64,000 nt of DNA from Mobula hypostoma (GCF_963921235.1 NC_086108.1:76014001-76078000); one strand, 5' to 3'. Shown: positions 50,301 to 60,623, counted from the first letter of the stretch. Made by a program: numbers and translations. The notes: generated from the sequence alone by a model not told the origin.

Positions 50301-53063
50301 CCTATTCTCAGTTCTTTTGTCTCCGCCATATCTGTTCTCATGATGAAGCTTTCCAGATGTCCCCTTTTATTCAAAAAATGTGGCTTCACCTCCACTGCTA
50401 TCATTGCAGCCCCCACTGGCACGTCTCCCCTCACACCATCCTCCCTCTGATACAAGGTTCTATTTGAATCCATCCCATGACCCGTTGCAATTTGTCCCAT
50501 CTCCAATAGGATCCCACCACTAGGCACATATTCCCCTTCCTTCCCCTGTCCACTTTACGGGCATCACTTTCTCCATGATTCCCTTGTACGCTCATTCTCC
50601 CAACCAATACCCGTCGAGTCAGTTAATCATGCCAAGTGTTACACCTGCCTTACGTCTCCTTCCTCACCACCATTCAAACCCTAAACAGTCTTTCCGAGTG
50701 AGTTAACACTTTACATGTGAATTCATTGGTGTCATTTATTGCAACCAGAGTGGCCGCCTCTACATTGGAGACACAAGACAGATTGGAGGAATCACTTTGT
50801 CAAAGGTGTTTGCTTTATGCACTGTAACAGCGAAAATATCTCATGGTCAGCTATTTTAGTTCCACTTCCAAATCCAACACTGTCTGTTCATGGCTTCCTC
50901 TACTGCCTCTACAGAGTGGAGGAACAATAACTCATATATTGCCTTAGCATCAACATCTACATTATTTCTCTAACTTCCAGTAACCACTCCCATGTATCTC
51001 ATCCCCCCCCCCCCCGCTTTGCTCTCCTGGCCCCTTTACCTCTTCTCTTTACCCTCACCCCCCCCATAACCTGTCTATCACCTACATTTTCCTCCCTTGT
51101 TCCCCACTTCCTTTCCTTTATTCCATGAATAATATCCCCCTTATCAGATTCCATCTTGTTCAACGCTTTGCCCCTTCCACTTATCAACTCCCAGCTTCTC
51201 ATATAATTCTCCACCTATCTAGTCCCACCACCCCCCCTCACCTGGATTCACCCATCACCCATTAGTTTGTGTTCTCCCACCGCCACTCTTTTATTCTGGC
51301 TTTTCTTTTTTTCTAGCCCTCATGAAAGGTTTCAGCCCTAAATATTGATTGTTCATTTTCCTCCATAGATGCTGCCTGACCTGCTGAGTTCCACCAGCAT
51401 TTTGTGTGTGTCGCTTCAGACTTCCAGCATCTCGTGTGTCTCCTATGTGCATTGAAATTTCTTTTCTCAGAGGGTAGTGAGTCTCTAGAATTCTCTGACC
51501 CTGCATGTAGTGAAAAATTGAGGAACAGAGTTATGAGGAACTGGAACAGAAGAGGGGCAAATTCTGTAGATTAGCCATAATCATACTGAATGGCAAGGTA
51601 GGCTTGAGGGGACAAGTGGCCTACCTCTGCTCCTATTTTCTTGTGTTATTGAAATTCATTGTGTTCATTCATTCATTTTGAATCCCACAATCCCTTTATA
51701 TTCATTGCTGCTTGGTTTCCTGTTTCCTTTAAATTTATTGGAAAAGTTATTGTACCGTACATAACATGTAAAAGAAAGCAAAATAATTGCATGTTGGAGT
51801 AACATTTATTACTCTGGAAAATCTGCTCATTCTCAATAGTAACTGTGTGCAGTTTCTTAGTTTTATAGGGAACATGACCTTTAACATTCACAATTGTTTG
51901 GTAGCAATATTAAATGAACTTGCATTGATATCTAAGAAATTATAGAGGTATTCAGGAAAAAAACACTGTGGCAGCTTGCCCACGCGACAAGCGAACTGGC
52001 TTCAACAGTCACAGGCGAGTCCGCAGCCAGTGGCAACTGAGACGGCTCTGAGTATGGGGCAGACCTCGGCCCAGAAGCTGACATCACTTCCGCCCTGCAA
52101 AGAGCGGGGGATGCTGGGAGCGGGCATTTAAGCGCGCGCGGATTGAAAGCGCGACGACAACACCTTCTTATTGGATTCAACTCAGGAAAAACATGAAAAA
52201 AATCAATTTCTTCTATATGGTCTGGGCTCCAAATGCACTATTTTAAGATAACTATATAATACTGTAATTATATTATCTTAAATATAACTATTTTATATAT
52301 TATGTTGTAATATATACTGTATAAACCCAAATAAGAGTCTATGTCTTCAGAATATACGATTATTTTTCCCATCTGTAAAACATGAGGTCAAACAGGATCA
52401 GATAGTAATGTGGAGTCACATATCGGAGACAAACAAACAGTTATGCTTAACAGAGCTACCAAAAGATGTACCACTAATCTTCAAAATAAAAACATGAAAG
52501 CTCATTGGCAGGCCCCAGAACAATCAAAATTATTTATGACCAGTTCTGAAGGACATTGTGACAAATCAAAGCACAAAAGGATTGGACAAGCGAACTTTTT
52601 TCCTTTTGTTTCTTTTTATTTTGTTTTTGTTTCTCCACCAATTTTAGAGGGACATGATTACAAGTGAGTTATGTAATATAAGGTGTACATTTCTTTAAGA
52701 ATTGTAGCTTATGACCAATTATTCTGTTTTCTATAATATTGTACATGCTTTTCTAAAAGTTAGGAATAGCCAGAAAGTTTTGCATCCGCGAAACTAAACA
52801 CAGCAGTAATGCTGCTTGTTTCTCTCAAGTTATTTGGTTTAATGAATTTACACTTCATTATCCTAAAAAATATGGAGACCAAAACAAAATGTCAACCACA
52901 GTAGCAGTGTTGTTAATATATATTCATATGATTTACTTTCAATGTCTAATACCCTGCAATTGATGTAGAAAAACTTCATTGCAAAATCTATTCATGCACT
53001 GAAAGAAAATATTACCCCAGATATTTGATTTTCAGACACTCGCATTTGTTGTGCCGTTGCCAT
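17278..53063 (-). CDS. zte38: Meiotic HORMA-domain protein, HORMAD family (zte38-like paralogue); 13 coding exons joined, 3' end uncertain
   Basis: Manually spliced exons 53016-53063, 46798-46942, 39887-39950, 37727-37763, 37473-37493, 32628-32654, 32462-32529, 27430-27581, 26203-26438, 25884-25932, 25004-25065, 18043-18114, 17278-17394. All are GT-AG and phase-compatible, total 1098 nt with no stop. Protein: [140 protein letters not shown]...[16 protein letters not shown]...[20 protein letters not shown]... HORMAD family is near-certain; zte38 versus HORMAD1 is from recalled sequences only. Confidence 0.9.
18043..18114 (-). CDS. zte38: C-terminal region exon (72 nt, [24 protein letters not shown])
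   Basis: TTTTAG| acceptor, CCG|GTCAGT donor; resembles HORMAD1 VEQLVNKTSELDMSESKTRSGK as recalled. Confidence 0.8.
18160..18690 (-). mobile_element. Rex1-like LINE 3' fragment
   Basis: AGTCTGATGGCCTGGTGGAAGAAGCTGT block shared with other Rex1-like copies; (TTGAA)n end. Confidence 0.7.
18948..19250 (+). mobile_element. tRNA-derived V-domain SINE (HE1-like), decayed
   Basis: tRNA-like head, V-domain-like GCTCCAGTTTCCTTCCACAC, CR1-like tail GAAGGGCCTGTTTCTGTGC. Confidence 0.65.
19258..22013 (-). mobile_element. Young 5'-truncated CR1 LINE with an uninterrupted 848-aa ORF2 remnant
   Basis: ORF 19354..21900: partial APE endonuclease (GDFN, SDH) plus RT with intact FADD; (TTTCTATG)n tail; 94-bp inverted duplication at the 5' junction. 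Confidence 0.97.
22558..24776 (+). mobile_element. Young 5'-truncated CR1 LINE (707-aa ORF2 remnant, catalytic FADD changed to FADY)
   Basis: ORF 22559..24682; tail TCTTATGGTCTTATG. Confidence 0.97.
25004..25065 (-). CDS. zte38: Probable linker exon (62 nt, [21 protein letters not shown])
   Basis: TGACAG| acceptor, GAG|GTATTA donor; phase 1 to 0 restores the frame together with the 49-nt exon. Confidence 0.55.
25884..25932 (-). CDS. zte38: Probable linker exon (49 nt, [16 protein letters not shown])
   Basis: GTACAG| acceptor, CTG|GTATGA donor; phase 0 to 1 fits the next exon; no recognisable protein homology. Confidence 0.55.
26203..26438 (-). CDS. zte38: HORMAD-family coding exon (236 nt, [12 protein letters not shown]...RSIKS)
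   Basis: TAACAG| acceptor, AGT|GTAAGT donor; [10 protein letters not shown] motif at the end of the HORMA domain. Confidence 0.93.
27430..27581 (-). CDS. zte38: HORMAD-family coding exon (152 nt, QNKH...[11 protein letters not shown]...MKLFYYDE)
   Basis: ATACAG| acceptor, AAG|GTAAGT donor; lies within ORF 27371..27595. Confidence 0.95.
27787..28094 (+). mobile_element. tRNA-derived SINE with poly(A) tail and 15-bp TSD
   Basis: A box TGGCACAATG, B box GGTTTGAAACC; TSD AAAAATCATG(A/T)ATCA at 27772-27786 and 28095-28109. Confidence 0.85.
28185..29880 (-). mobile_element. Rex1-like LINE carrying a nested second Rex1-like LINE (28495-29157)
   Basis: Outer copy [12 protein letters not shown] / [13 protein letters not shown] with (TTCTGA)n tail; inner copy [19 protein letters not shown] duplicated at 28490-28494 and 29158-29162. 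Confidence 0.85.
29880..32110 (+). mobile_element. Old CR1 LINE, heavily decayed, host of the hAT MITE
   Basis: [46 protein letters not shown] fragments. Confidence 0.85.
30028..30297. mobile_element. hAT (Charlie-like) MITE, nearly fully palindromic
   Basis: TIRs CAGTGGTCCCCAACCTCTGGGCC / GGCCCAGAGGTTGGGGACCACTG; 8-bp TSD AGCTAGGG at 30020-30027 and 30298-30305. Confidence 0.93.
32462..32529 (-). CDS. zte38: HORMAD-family coding exon (68 nt, [22 protein letters not shown])
   Basis: TTACAG| acceptor, AAG|GTAATA donor; E.YQFKFKYT motif. Confidence 0.95.
32628..32654 (-). CDS. zte38: HORMAD-family microexon (27 nt, VHRDPEDPN)
   Basis: TTATAG| acceptor, AAT|GTAAGG donor; aligns with VYTNPEDPQ of HORMAD1. 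Confidence 0.9.
33000..34310 (+). mobile_element. Two old CR1 3' fragments
   Basis: GTTAGGCCACAGCTGGAATATTGTGTG and CCTACTTCTGCTTCCATTTCTTA-type CR1 3' motifs. Confidence 0.65.
34943..35489 (+). mobile_element. Poly(A)-tailed retroposed insert with a 20-bp TSD (L1/Tx1 3' UTR or processed transcript)
   Basis: TSD AAGAACATATACATGGTTGG at 34923-34942 and 35490-35509; AATAAA at 35463 and 35469 followed by an A tract. Confidence 0.85.
37473..37493 (-). CDS. zte38: HORMAD-family microexon (21 nt, LRTIILG)
   Basis: CAATAG| acceptor, GGA|GTAAGT donor; aligns with LRMVVLA of HORMAD1. Confidence 0.88.
37727..37763 (-). CDS. zte38: HORMAD-family coding exon 4 (37 nt, [12 protein letters not shown])
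   Basis: TTTCCAG| acceptor, |GTAAGT donor; GCFDAL motif. Confidence 0.95.
38086..39503 (-). mobile_element. Young 5'-truncated CR1 LINE
   Basis: ORF 38279..39433, RT with FADD; related to copy 3820-5587; tail TTCTATGGTTTCTAT. Confidence 0.95.
39887..39950 (-). CDS. zte38: HORMAD-family coding exon 3 (64 nt, [21 protein letters not shown])
   Basis: TTTTTCAG| acceptor, ATG|GTAAGT donor; matches the [10 protein letters not shown]....VKW motif. Confidence 0.95.
40190..40360. repeat. Perfect 82-bp inverted repeat with a 7-nt spacer
   Basis: 40190-40271 is the exact reverse complement of 40279-40360; loop TGAGGTT. Confidence 0.95.
41531..46200 (-). mobile_element. Long CR1 LINE retaining the esterase (SGNH-like) ORF1 C-terminus and a frameshifted ORF2
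   Basis: ORF1 [12 protein letters not shown]...VHAGTND...DGLHLN ending at 45723; endonuclease [19 protein letters not shown] pieces; same subfamily as 22558-24776; interrupted at 43020-44167. Confidence 0.95.
43020..44167 (-). mobile_element. Rex1/Babar-like LINE nested in CR1
   Basis: [50 protein letters not shown]; (ATGACT)n tail; CR1 sequence resumes exactly on both sides. Confidence 0.9.
46235..46430. mobile_element. Fold-back Penelope pLTR derivative (imperfect inverted repeat)
   Basis: GCAACACACACAAAATGCTGGAGGAACTCAGCAAGCCAGGCAG...CTGCCTGGCCTGCTGAGTTCATCCAGCATTTTGTTTGTGTTGC. Confidence 0.8.
46622..46718. repeat. Exact 48-bp tandem duplication
   Basis: ATATATGTAAATATACTGTAAGTTTAGTTATTTAAAGTAAAATAAAGC twice. 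Confidence 0.95.
46798..46942 (-). CDS. zte38: HORMAD-family coding exon 2 (145 nt, WTAIFPND...[21 protein letters not shown])
   Basis: CTAG| acceptor, AAG|GTAAAC donor; HORMA signature [12 protein letters not shown]. Confidence 0.95.
49390..49850 (-). mobile_element. Decayed Penelope-like 3' end/pLTR
   Basis: Purine-rich strand with ATGCTGGATGAACTCAGGAAGTCAGGCAGCA, similar to the reverse complement of 56830-57260. Confidence 0.7.
50035..51440 (+). mobile_element. Old Penelope-like element inserted in a CR1 3' fragment
   Basis: [35 protein letters not shown]...LPFLD matches 55798-56000; decayed GIY-YIG and pLTR; CR1 pieces flank at about 49890-50033 and 51445-51650. Confidence 0.8.
51967..52159. 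mobile_element. CpG-rich solo LTR (Gypsy-like)
   Basis: TGTGGCAGC...GCGACGACA termini (TG...CA, imperfect inverted repeat); 4-bp TSD ACAC at 51963-51966 and 52160-52163. Confidence 0.65.
53016..53063 (-). CDS. zte38: HORMAD-family first coding exon ([16 protein letters not shown])
   Basis: ATG at 53063 in context TCCATGG; MATAQ start matches vertebrate HORMAD1/2; donor GGG|GTAAT; acceptor CATTAG| places the exon start at 53090. Confidence 0.85.
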
Positions 53064-53789
53064 GGAAACTGGTTGGTTTTGATGGTGTTTCTAATGAATT
53101 GTAACCCTATAGCAGATGGATATATACAAGATTCAAAGTCAGAATTCAAAATAAGCAACATTTTCCTTATGGCTATAAAGAAAATCTAGCATGAACAAAT
53201 AGATACAGTACGTCTGCACTAATTATACTCTTATACTTCCACAATTTACTAGCTGCATTCAAAAATGGCAAAAAATAAAATTACTACATAGAAATTTGGG
53301 TGAATTAATGCTTATTGTTCAGATTAGTTGGCATCTGCTGAAGAAACAAAAAATGTTTTCCAATGCTTCATTCCATACATGCTGATGTTTAGTTTCAGAT
53401 CTGTTTCCACATGTGTAATATTTTTGCATCGCTTTTTCATAATTTAATTTTTTAAAAATCATTCTTAAGTGCTGGTATAGTCTCTAATTCAGCAGCTCAT
53501 TCAGCAAATGCAAGGCACATCTTCATAACATTGTAATGAAGGATTTATTGCCATCTTAAATACTTCAGAATTAAATTTTATCTAATATTTGGATGAAATA
53601 TTGCTTACTTTCAAAATTTTTTTTTGTACTTTGTATGCATATATAAAATAGCTGAAATTAATGAGAAATGTTTGATAGTGCAATATTTTAAATTATAGAG
53701 ATTAACTTAGTTGGTATTTCTTTCTTCTTACTTGCTGACCTTTTCCCTTCTTCTTATTTTCTTATGCTATCCTATTTACATCTATTTTA

Positions 53790-54385
53790 GTATTGGTATT
53801 GGTTTATTATCGACATATGTACCAAGATACAGTGTAAAACTTGTCTTGCATAATATTTATACAAATCAAATCATTACACTATGGATTGAACTAGGACACG
53901 GTAAAATAATAACAATACAGAATAAAGTGTAAAAGCTTCCAAAAGGATGCAGTGCAAGTCAACGATAAAGTGCAAGATCATAACAAGGTAAATTGTGAGG
54001 CCAAAAGTCTATTTTATCATATAAGAGGTCCCTTCAAGAATCTGAAAAAGGGATAGAAGCTGTCCTTGAGCCTGATGGTACATGCTTTCAGGCTTTTGTG
54101 TCTTCTGCCTGATGGGAGAGGGGAGAACAAAGAATGTCTGGGGTAGGTGGGGACTTTGATTATGCTGGCTGCTTTACTGAGGAAGCGAGATGTATAGACA
54201 GAATCCACAGAGGGGAGACTGGTTACTGTGATGTATTGAGCTGTGTCCAGAACTCTGCAGTTTCTTGCAGTCATGTGAAGGGCCATTTCGAGCCGAATGC
54301 ATCCAGCCATAATGCTTTATATGGTGCATCAATAAAATTTGTTCAGTCAACAAGAACACACTAAATTTCTTTAGCCTTTTGAGGA
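53790..54385 (-). mobile_element. Rex1-like LINE 3' fragment
   Basis: KAASIIKVPTYPRHSLFSPLPSGRR...RLKDSFYP. Confidence 0.75.
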
Positions 54386-54966
54386 TGTCAGGTTTTCCCA
54401 GCTTTACAATTTGTACTTTTCAGTCAATTCAAGTTTAATTGTCATTTAACCATATATGAATACAGCCAAACGAAACGGCGTTACTATGGGGTCAAGCTGC
54501 AAGGACACATTACCAACAGTCATACACAAGATCACAATCAGGTAATAAGAGTCCTGAGGCCCACCTCCCCCCCTCCACACCACAGCCTGATGCAAACAAG
54601 TCAACAAACCAAATAGAATATCAGTGAAAATACAACAACGCAGAATAGACAGAGAGATAGAGAGTCAGTCAGTCCAGGCCACCCCTAGCCCACCGATATC
54701 ATCTGTCAACTGACCCCCAACACCCGCTAGGCGACACCGTGGCTTTCAGGCCCTGTCCTTGCATATACAAGCACATATAGAATATTAGTAAAAACACAAC
54801 CGGACATATAAATGTATATAGTCCAGACCCCCTCCGTCTATTTCAAATCTTCATTCGCCATTACTGCTCTATGCCTCCTTCATGGAGCGCAACAGCTCGG
54901 ATGCCTCTGTGGTGCCAAGCAACCCTGCACTCACGTTTATGGTTTACATCATTCTTTCAATCCTAC

Positions 54967-55172
54967 TGTGGTAAACCATATATATGTTGTAACTGGGTTA
55001 ACTGTCTGGACACGTCCCTCTGCTGACTGCCCCTGTGTAAAGGTGTTTCGCCTTGCCCCTCCCCCTCAGTCCGGGGGCAGACACTCACCAGGGAGGTCGT
55101 ATTGTACAGCAAATAAAAGCCTTTCAGTATTTTACCAAACCTCAGTCTTTTGGAATTATTGAAGGTGCTTCA
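54967..55172 (+). mobile_element. Solo LTR
   Basis: TGTGGTAAAC...GGTGCTTCA termini, AATAAA at 55112, 5-bp TSD CCTAC at 54962-54966 and 55173-55177. Confidence 0.8.
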
Positions 55173-55279
55173 CCTACACCTTATCTTTTCACTTTTGTAA
55201 CACTGCAAAGTTCTTTACTTTGCAGGATTTGCATTGGAGTCTTTCTTAACCTAATCATGAGACAATTTACAATGACCAG

Positions 55280-55375
55280 TTAGACTACCCGACACAACTT
55301 TGGACTGTGGGAGGAAATTGGAGCACTCAGGAAAACCTGTGCATTTCACAGGGAGGAAATACACACTCCTTACAG
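55280..55375 (-). mobile_element. V-SINE fragment
   Basis: TTTGGACTGTGGGAGGAAATTGGAGCAC, the reverse complement of the V-domain core. Confidence 0.55.
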
Positions 55376-55797
55376 ACCAAAATGAGTTATTGTGTTTAAT
55401 AGGAAGTGGCAGCATTTAATACAGCATGGCATCAAAGAGCTCTAGTAAAACTGACCAGTGCAGAAATTCCCATCAACATCAGTCATACATTGCAGGATTC
55501 CTCTTAACAGTGTCCTATGTTGAATCATTTTCAACGACTTCACCAAAGGCATCCTTTCCATCATTGTTTTTCTTGTGAGCATACTATTAACTTATTCACA
55601 GCAATATTATCTAGCACTCACATTACATTAACTGTTCACTGACTCAAATGATTCTCATACAATGATACTCATATAAAGCCAGGTGTTTTGTTTTGAAGAA
55701 ATGAAGACAATACTATAAACATTCACCATGTTACTCTGTAAAGGTAACAGCAAGATTGGGTTTCAGCGTATCTGCTCGTGCATATGAAAATGTTGAT

Positions 55798-57274
55798 CTG
55801 CATTGGCGCTGCTTCCTGCACGCATGCAGAACTCGTTGACTTTATTAACTTTGCCTCCAACTTTCACCCTGCCCTCAAGTTTACCTGGTCCATTTCCGAC
55901 ACCTCCCTCCCCTTTCTAGATCTTTCTGTCTCTGTCTCTCGAGACAGCTTATCTACTGATGTCTACTATAAGCCTACTGACTCTCACAGCTATCTGGACT
56001 ATTCCTCTTCTCACCCTGTCTCTTGCAAAAACGCCATCCCCTTCTCGCAATTCCTCCGTCTCCGCCGCATCTGCTCTCAGGATGAGGCTTTTCATTCTAG
56101 GACGAGAGAGATGTCTTCCTTTTTTAAAGAAAGGGGCTTCCCTTCCTCCACTATCAACTCTGCTCTTAAACGCATCTCCCCCATTTCATGCACATCTGCT
56201 CTCACTCCATCCTCCCACCACCCCACTAGGAATAGGGTTCCCCTGGTCCTCACCTACCACCCCACCAGCCTCCGGGTCCAACATATTATTCTCCGTAACT
56301 TCCGCCACCTCCAAAGGGATCCCACCACTAAGCACATATTTCCCTCCCCCATCTCTCTGCATTCCGCAGGGATCGCTCCCTACACAACTCCCTTGTCCAT
56401 TCGTCCCCCCCATCCCTCCCCACTGATCTCCCTCCTGGCACTTATCCGTGTAAGCGGAACAAGTGCTACACATGCCCTTACACTTCCTCCCTTACCACCA
56501 TTCAGGGCCCCAAACAGTCCTTCCAGGTGAGGCATCACTTCACCTGTGAGTCGACTGGGGTGATATACTGCGTCCGGTGCTCCCGATGTGGCCTTTTATA
56601 TATTGGTGAGACCCGACGCAGACTGGGAGACCGCTTCGCTGAACATCTACGCTCTGTCCGCCAGAGAAAGCAGGATCTCCCAGTGGCCACGCATTTTAAT
56701 TCCACATCCCATTCTGATATGTCTATCCACGGCCTCCTCTACTGTAAAGATGAAGCCACACTCAGGTTGGAGGAACAACACCTTATATTCCGTCTGGGTA
56801 GCCTCCAACCTGATGGCATGAACATCGACTTCTCTAACTTCCACTAAGGCCCCACCTCCCCCTCGTACCCCATCTGTTATTCATTTTTATGCACACATTC
56901 TTTCTCTCACTCTCCTTTTTCTCCCTCTGTCCTTCTGAATATACCTCTTGCCCATCCTCTGGGTCACCCCCCCCTTGTCTTTCTTCCCGGACCTCCTGTC
57001 CCATGATCCTCTCGTATCCCCTTTTGCCTATCACCTGTCCAGCTCTCGGCTCTATCCTTCCCCCTCCTGTCTTCTCCTATCATTTTGCATCTCCCCCTCC
57101 CCCTCCAGCTTTCAAATCCCTTACTCACTCTTCCTTCAGTTAGTCCTGACGAAGGGTCTCGGCCTGAAACGTCGACTGCACCTCTTCCTATAGATGCTGC
57201 TTGGCCTGCTCCGTTCACCAGCAACTTTGATGTATGTTGCTTGAATTTCCAGCATCTGCAGAATTCCTGTTGTT
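55798..57274 (+). mobile_element. Penelope-like retroelement (Neptune type): RT C-terminus, Cys linker, GIY-YIG endonuclease and pLTR
   Basis: LKFT..LPFLDL..VYYKPTDSHSYLDY; TYPCKRNKCYTCPY; GVIYCVRCSRCGLLYIGETRRRLGDRFAEH; frameshift near 56350; 13-bp TSD TGAAAATGTTGAT at 55785-55797 and 57275-57287. Confidence 0.93.
57142..57177 (+). ncRNA. Minimal type I hammerhead ribozyme in the Penelope pLTR
   Basis: AGTC-CTGACGA-AGG GTCTCGG CCT-GAAAC-GTC-GACT: helix I AGTC/GACT, core CUGACGA and GAAA, GUC cleavage triplet, palindromic ACGT in place of helix III. Confidence 0.75.
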
Positions 57275-59509
57275 TGAAAATGTTGATGTTGCTTTCATCA
57301 ATTTGTGGTGCAGTCCAATACTGGAGCTCATGGAGCTCAAGGAGCTCAAAGGGAGATTGAAACTGGGGCTAAATACCTAGCAATTACACTACAAATATAT
57401 CAGATAATTCTCAATCAGGTTGTGAAAGGATAATTGATGGAAGGATGTGGCTGTATAAGGCCCATCTGTTTGTTAATTTTACAATATTTTAGATATCTAT
57501 TAATTTTAAATACTCTTAATTGTATTTTCAATTTTCTAATGGCTTGTTAATTCAGATTTTTTGAAGTTTTATGAATGTAAGAGTTTGAGGATTTTTAAGT
57601 TATTTTAATTGTTTTATTTTTTAAAAGAAGTTTTTGAAACTTCTTTAATGTCTTAAACAATCAGACGGCTTTAAAATATTAAGCTTTTGACAGTTCTTGG
57701 TGCATTTGGGGATGTAGCTCAGACGAAGCTGTATCTTTTTGTAGGATTTGATTTGGCTGCCCCATCTGATGACCCTGTTATTGCCTTAGGCTCATGATCA
57801 GCAAGAGCTTGCCATAGTGAATCATCTTAGCACTTTGTAAAAATTTGAATTGGGTTGATGATAACATATGATTTTGTTTTGAACCAAGCCACTATTTCAA
57901 AATAGATTACATGAGTGAATGCTAGGTGTAGCTAGAAATGAAGTGCTACGCCAGTGGAGTGGCAACTGAAGAATATACTGTATGTGTTTAAATGGCAAAA
58001 ATACCATGCAAGAGACCGAACTAAACAATACCATAATCAACCAATCAGATTAGAGCTCTGCCATCCTGCAAAGAGTGAAAAATGAAGGTAAAGATTTCAA
58101 TAGCTAAACAGATGATGAGACTCCAAGAACACCCGAATTCTCAGGGATAGCATGTGAGTACTAAAGGAAAGTTTGACACATCCACAACCATGTTCAGCCA
58201 GAAGTGCAGAGTGGATTATTCTTCTGTGTCGTCCTAAGATTCCCTTTAGAAGAATATAAGAAATAGAAACAGGAGTAAACTGTTTAGCCCCTTATGCCTC
58301 CTCCACTCAATATGATCAGCACTAATCTATTAGTCTCTACCTGGCATCACAGCCACCTTGGGCAGAGAATTCCGAAGACAGACAAACCTCTGAGTCAAAA
58401 AAATTCTCATCCCTGTCCTGAATATCCTTTTCCTTGTTTAGGGACTATAATTACTGGTTCCAGATACCCCAGCTAGGACAAACAATAACTTTGCAACTAT
58501 CCTGTCAAGCCACATTAGGATTCTGCATGTTTCAATGAGAGCAGAAACACAGATGACATGTGAAGATAACTTACTTCAATACTGATTTTGTTGGTTCTAC
58601 AGTGTCCAAGAGGACCAAAATAGGACCCCTTCCACTGATGTGGTACAAGGCGCTTCAGCAATTTGTGAAGGTGTACTCCTTCTGAAGGATTAATACAGGG
58701 TTTCAGTATGTATTTGGTGCATGAATTTGAGGTTCATAAAACCATCCTGAATTTTTATTTTCTACTGGGAGGCCATCTCGGGGAATCTCAAATCAGTGAT
58801 GGTTTTCAATATTATCTCTTCCTAGAGATGCTGCCTGGCCTGCCGCGTTCACCAGAAACTTTGATGTGTGTTGTTTCAAAATTGATGTTTGCTTTCGCTA
58901 AAAGATGGCCCTCAAGTAATCCATGTTTTCTAGAGTCTTGCAGGGCCTTATTGTCAGAGACTGGTGCAGAGGAACACAATGCTTGCACAGATGAGTGCAA
59001 CTACAATAAGATTCACATCATCTAGGACAAAGCAACTCTCTTGATTAGCACCTCATCCACTACTTGCACTCAAAAGATTGCCTCTGAAATTTTGTCATGT
59101 GGCCAACTTCTCTTTGGATTGCAATAAGGTTCCAAAGAGGAAATGAGTAAGACTATCTGAATATAGGATTAATTTGAGCTCTGTATGTTTCTCTTAGATT
59201 TGTCTGCAGAATAAACAAATGGACTTCATTGCATCTTAGGAATGTAATAATTTTACAGAAGAATTGTGTATAGATTAACAAGATGAACAATTAGACTTAT
59301 AATGATTTAACAAAAATTTAAGTAAAAAATTGAAAATGCATACCTTATAGTAGCCCAGGAACACATTACAAAATTGAAGTCATGGAGATAAATAGTAGGT
59401 GAGAATTTCAGCAATAGACAAATTTAGAAGGGGCCACAGACAGGTAATATAACAAAAATGGAAAAAAGACCGTTTTAGTGATGAGAATCAACTCAGGTAA
59501 AATTTCTGA

Positions 59510-60210
59510 CAGTTTCAAACAGATGGCGATGAGGAAGCATACTTGAGGTTGATTGGGTGCTTGAGTGGTATCGCTCCAACAACCTTGACTCAACATCAGT
59601 AAGACCAAAGATTTGATTGTGGACTTCAGGAATGGGTGGTCAGGAGAACATGCAGCAGTCCTCATTGAGGGGTCAGTAGTTCTTAGATGCCAACATCTCC
59701 AAGGATATATCCTAAGCCTGAGATGTGGATGCAATCATGAAGGGATGCCAGCACATTGTTAGAACTTGCACATTTCTTAAGATATACTGTGGTGAGCATT
59801 CTCACTGGTTGTATCATAGCCTGGTATGGAGTCTCCAATACCCAGGATTGCAAGAGGCTGCAATCCTGTCAGCCCAAAAGGCTGTAGACTCACGAGCACT
59901 ATCCTCCCTGCCATTGAGGACATCTTCTGAAGGCAGTGCCTCAAGATGGCAGCATCCATTATTAAGACCTTTACATCTGGGACATTCCCTGAAGGCAGTG
60001 GTATAAGAGCCTGAAGATCCATACTAAATGATTCAGAAACTGCTTCTTCTCTTCCACCATCAGATTTCTAAATGATCCATGAATATTACCTTATTTCCTT
60101 TTTGCACAATGTATTTATATTGTAACTTATAGTAATTTTATGTCTTTGCACAGTACTGCTGCCACAAAACAAATTTCATATAGAACAGCAATAATAAACC
60201 TGATTCTGAA
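59510..60210 (+). mobile_element. Decayed Rex1-like LINE 3' fragment
   Basis: CTCAACATCAGTAAGACCAAAGATTTGATTGTGGACTTCAGG (LNISKTKDLIVDFR); ends AATAAACCTGATTCTGA. Confidence 0.75.
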
Positions 60211-60623
60211 GTCCTTGACCACAGTGGCAGGTTCGCTATAGCTGTAAAATTTCTGCCTTAAAATGTTGGATTACCTATTACATATACCCAGAATGCTCAC
60301 AGCACTGCTTTTTCTCTGAATGATTAGCTGCCTTAGTTTATGTTTATTACTTTGTTTTAAATCACATCTTGGGAACCTGGTCATCTAACCTCATTCCAAC
60401 CCCTCTCATGGACTCAGTTACCTTTTTCCCCAACGTACTATTATTTCCTTCACACCAATCTGTTCACCTACACCATTGTCACTTCTTACATCACCAGCTC
60501 CCTTCCGTCTGTTATAACTACTGCACCCAGTATAGTCAGTTCAGTCCATTACCTCTATTCTAGTCTGTCCTTTACTTCTTAAAACTGCTCACTCCTTGTG
60601 CATTAGTGCCTATTCACTAATTT

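Noticed and set aside
49390..51440. A single Penelope element with an inverted 5' pLTR
   Set aside because: A CR1 fragment separates the two parts and resumes after the second, indicating independent insertions
58570..58700. Possible extra 5' UTR exon (minus-strand GTAAGT donor near 58572)
   Set aside because: No clear acceptor; cannot be supported without transcript data
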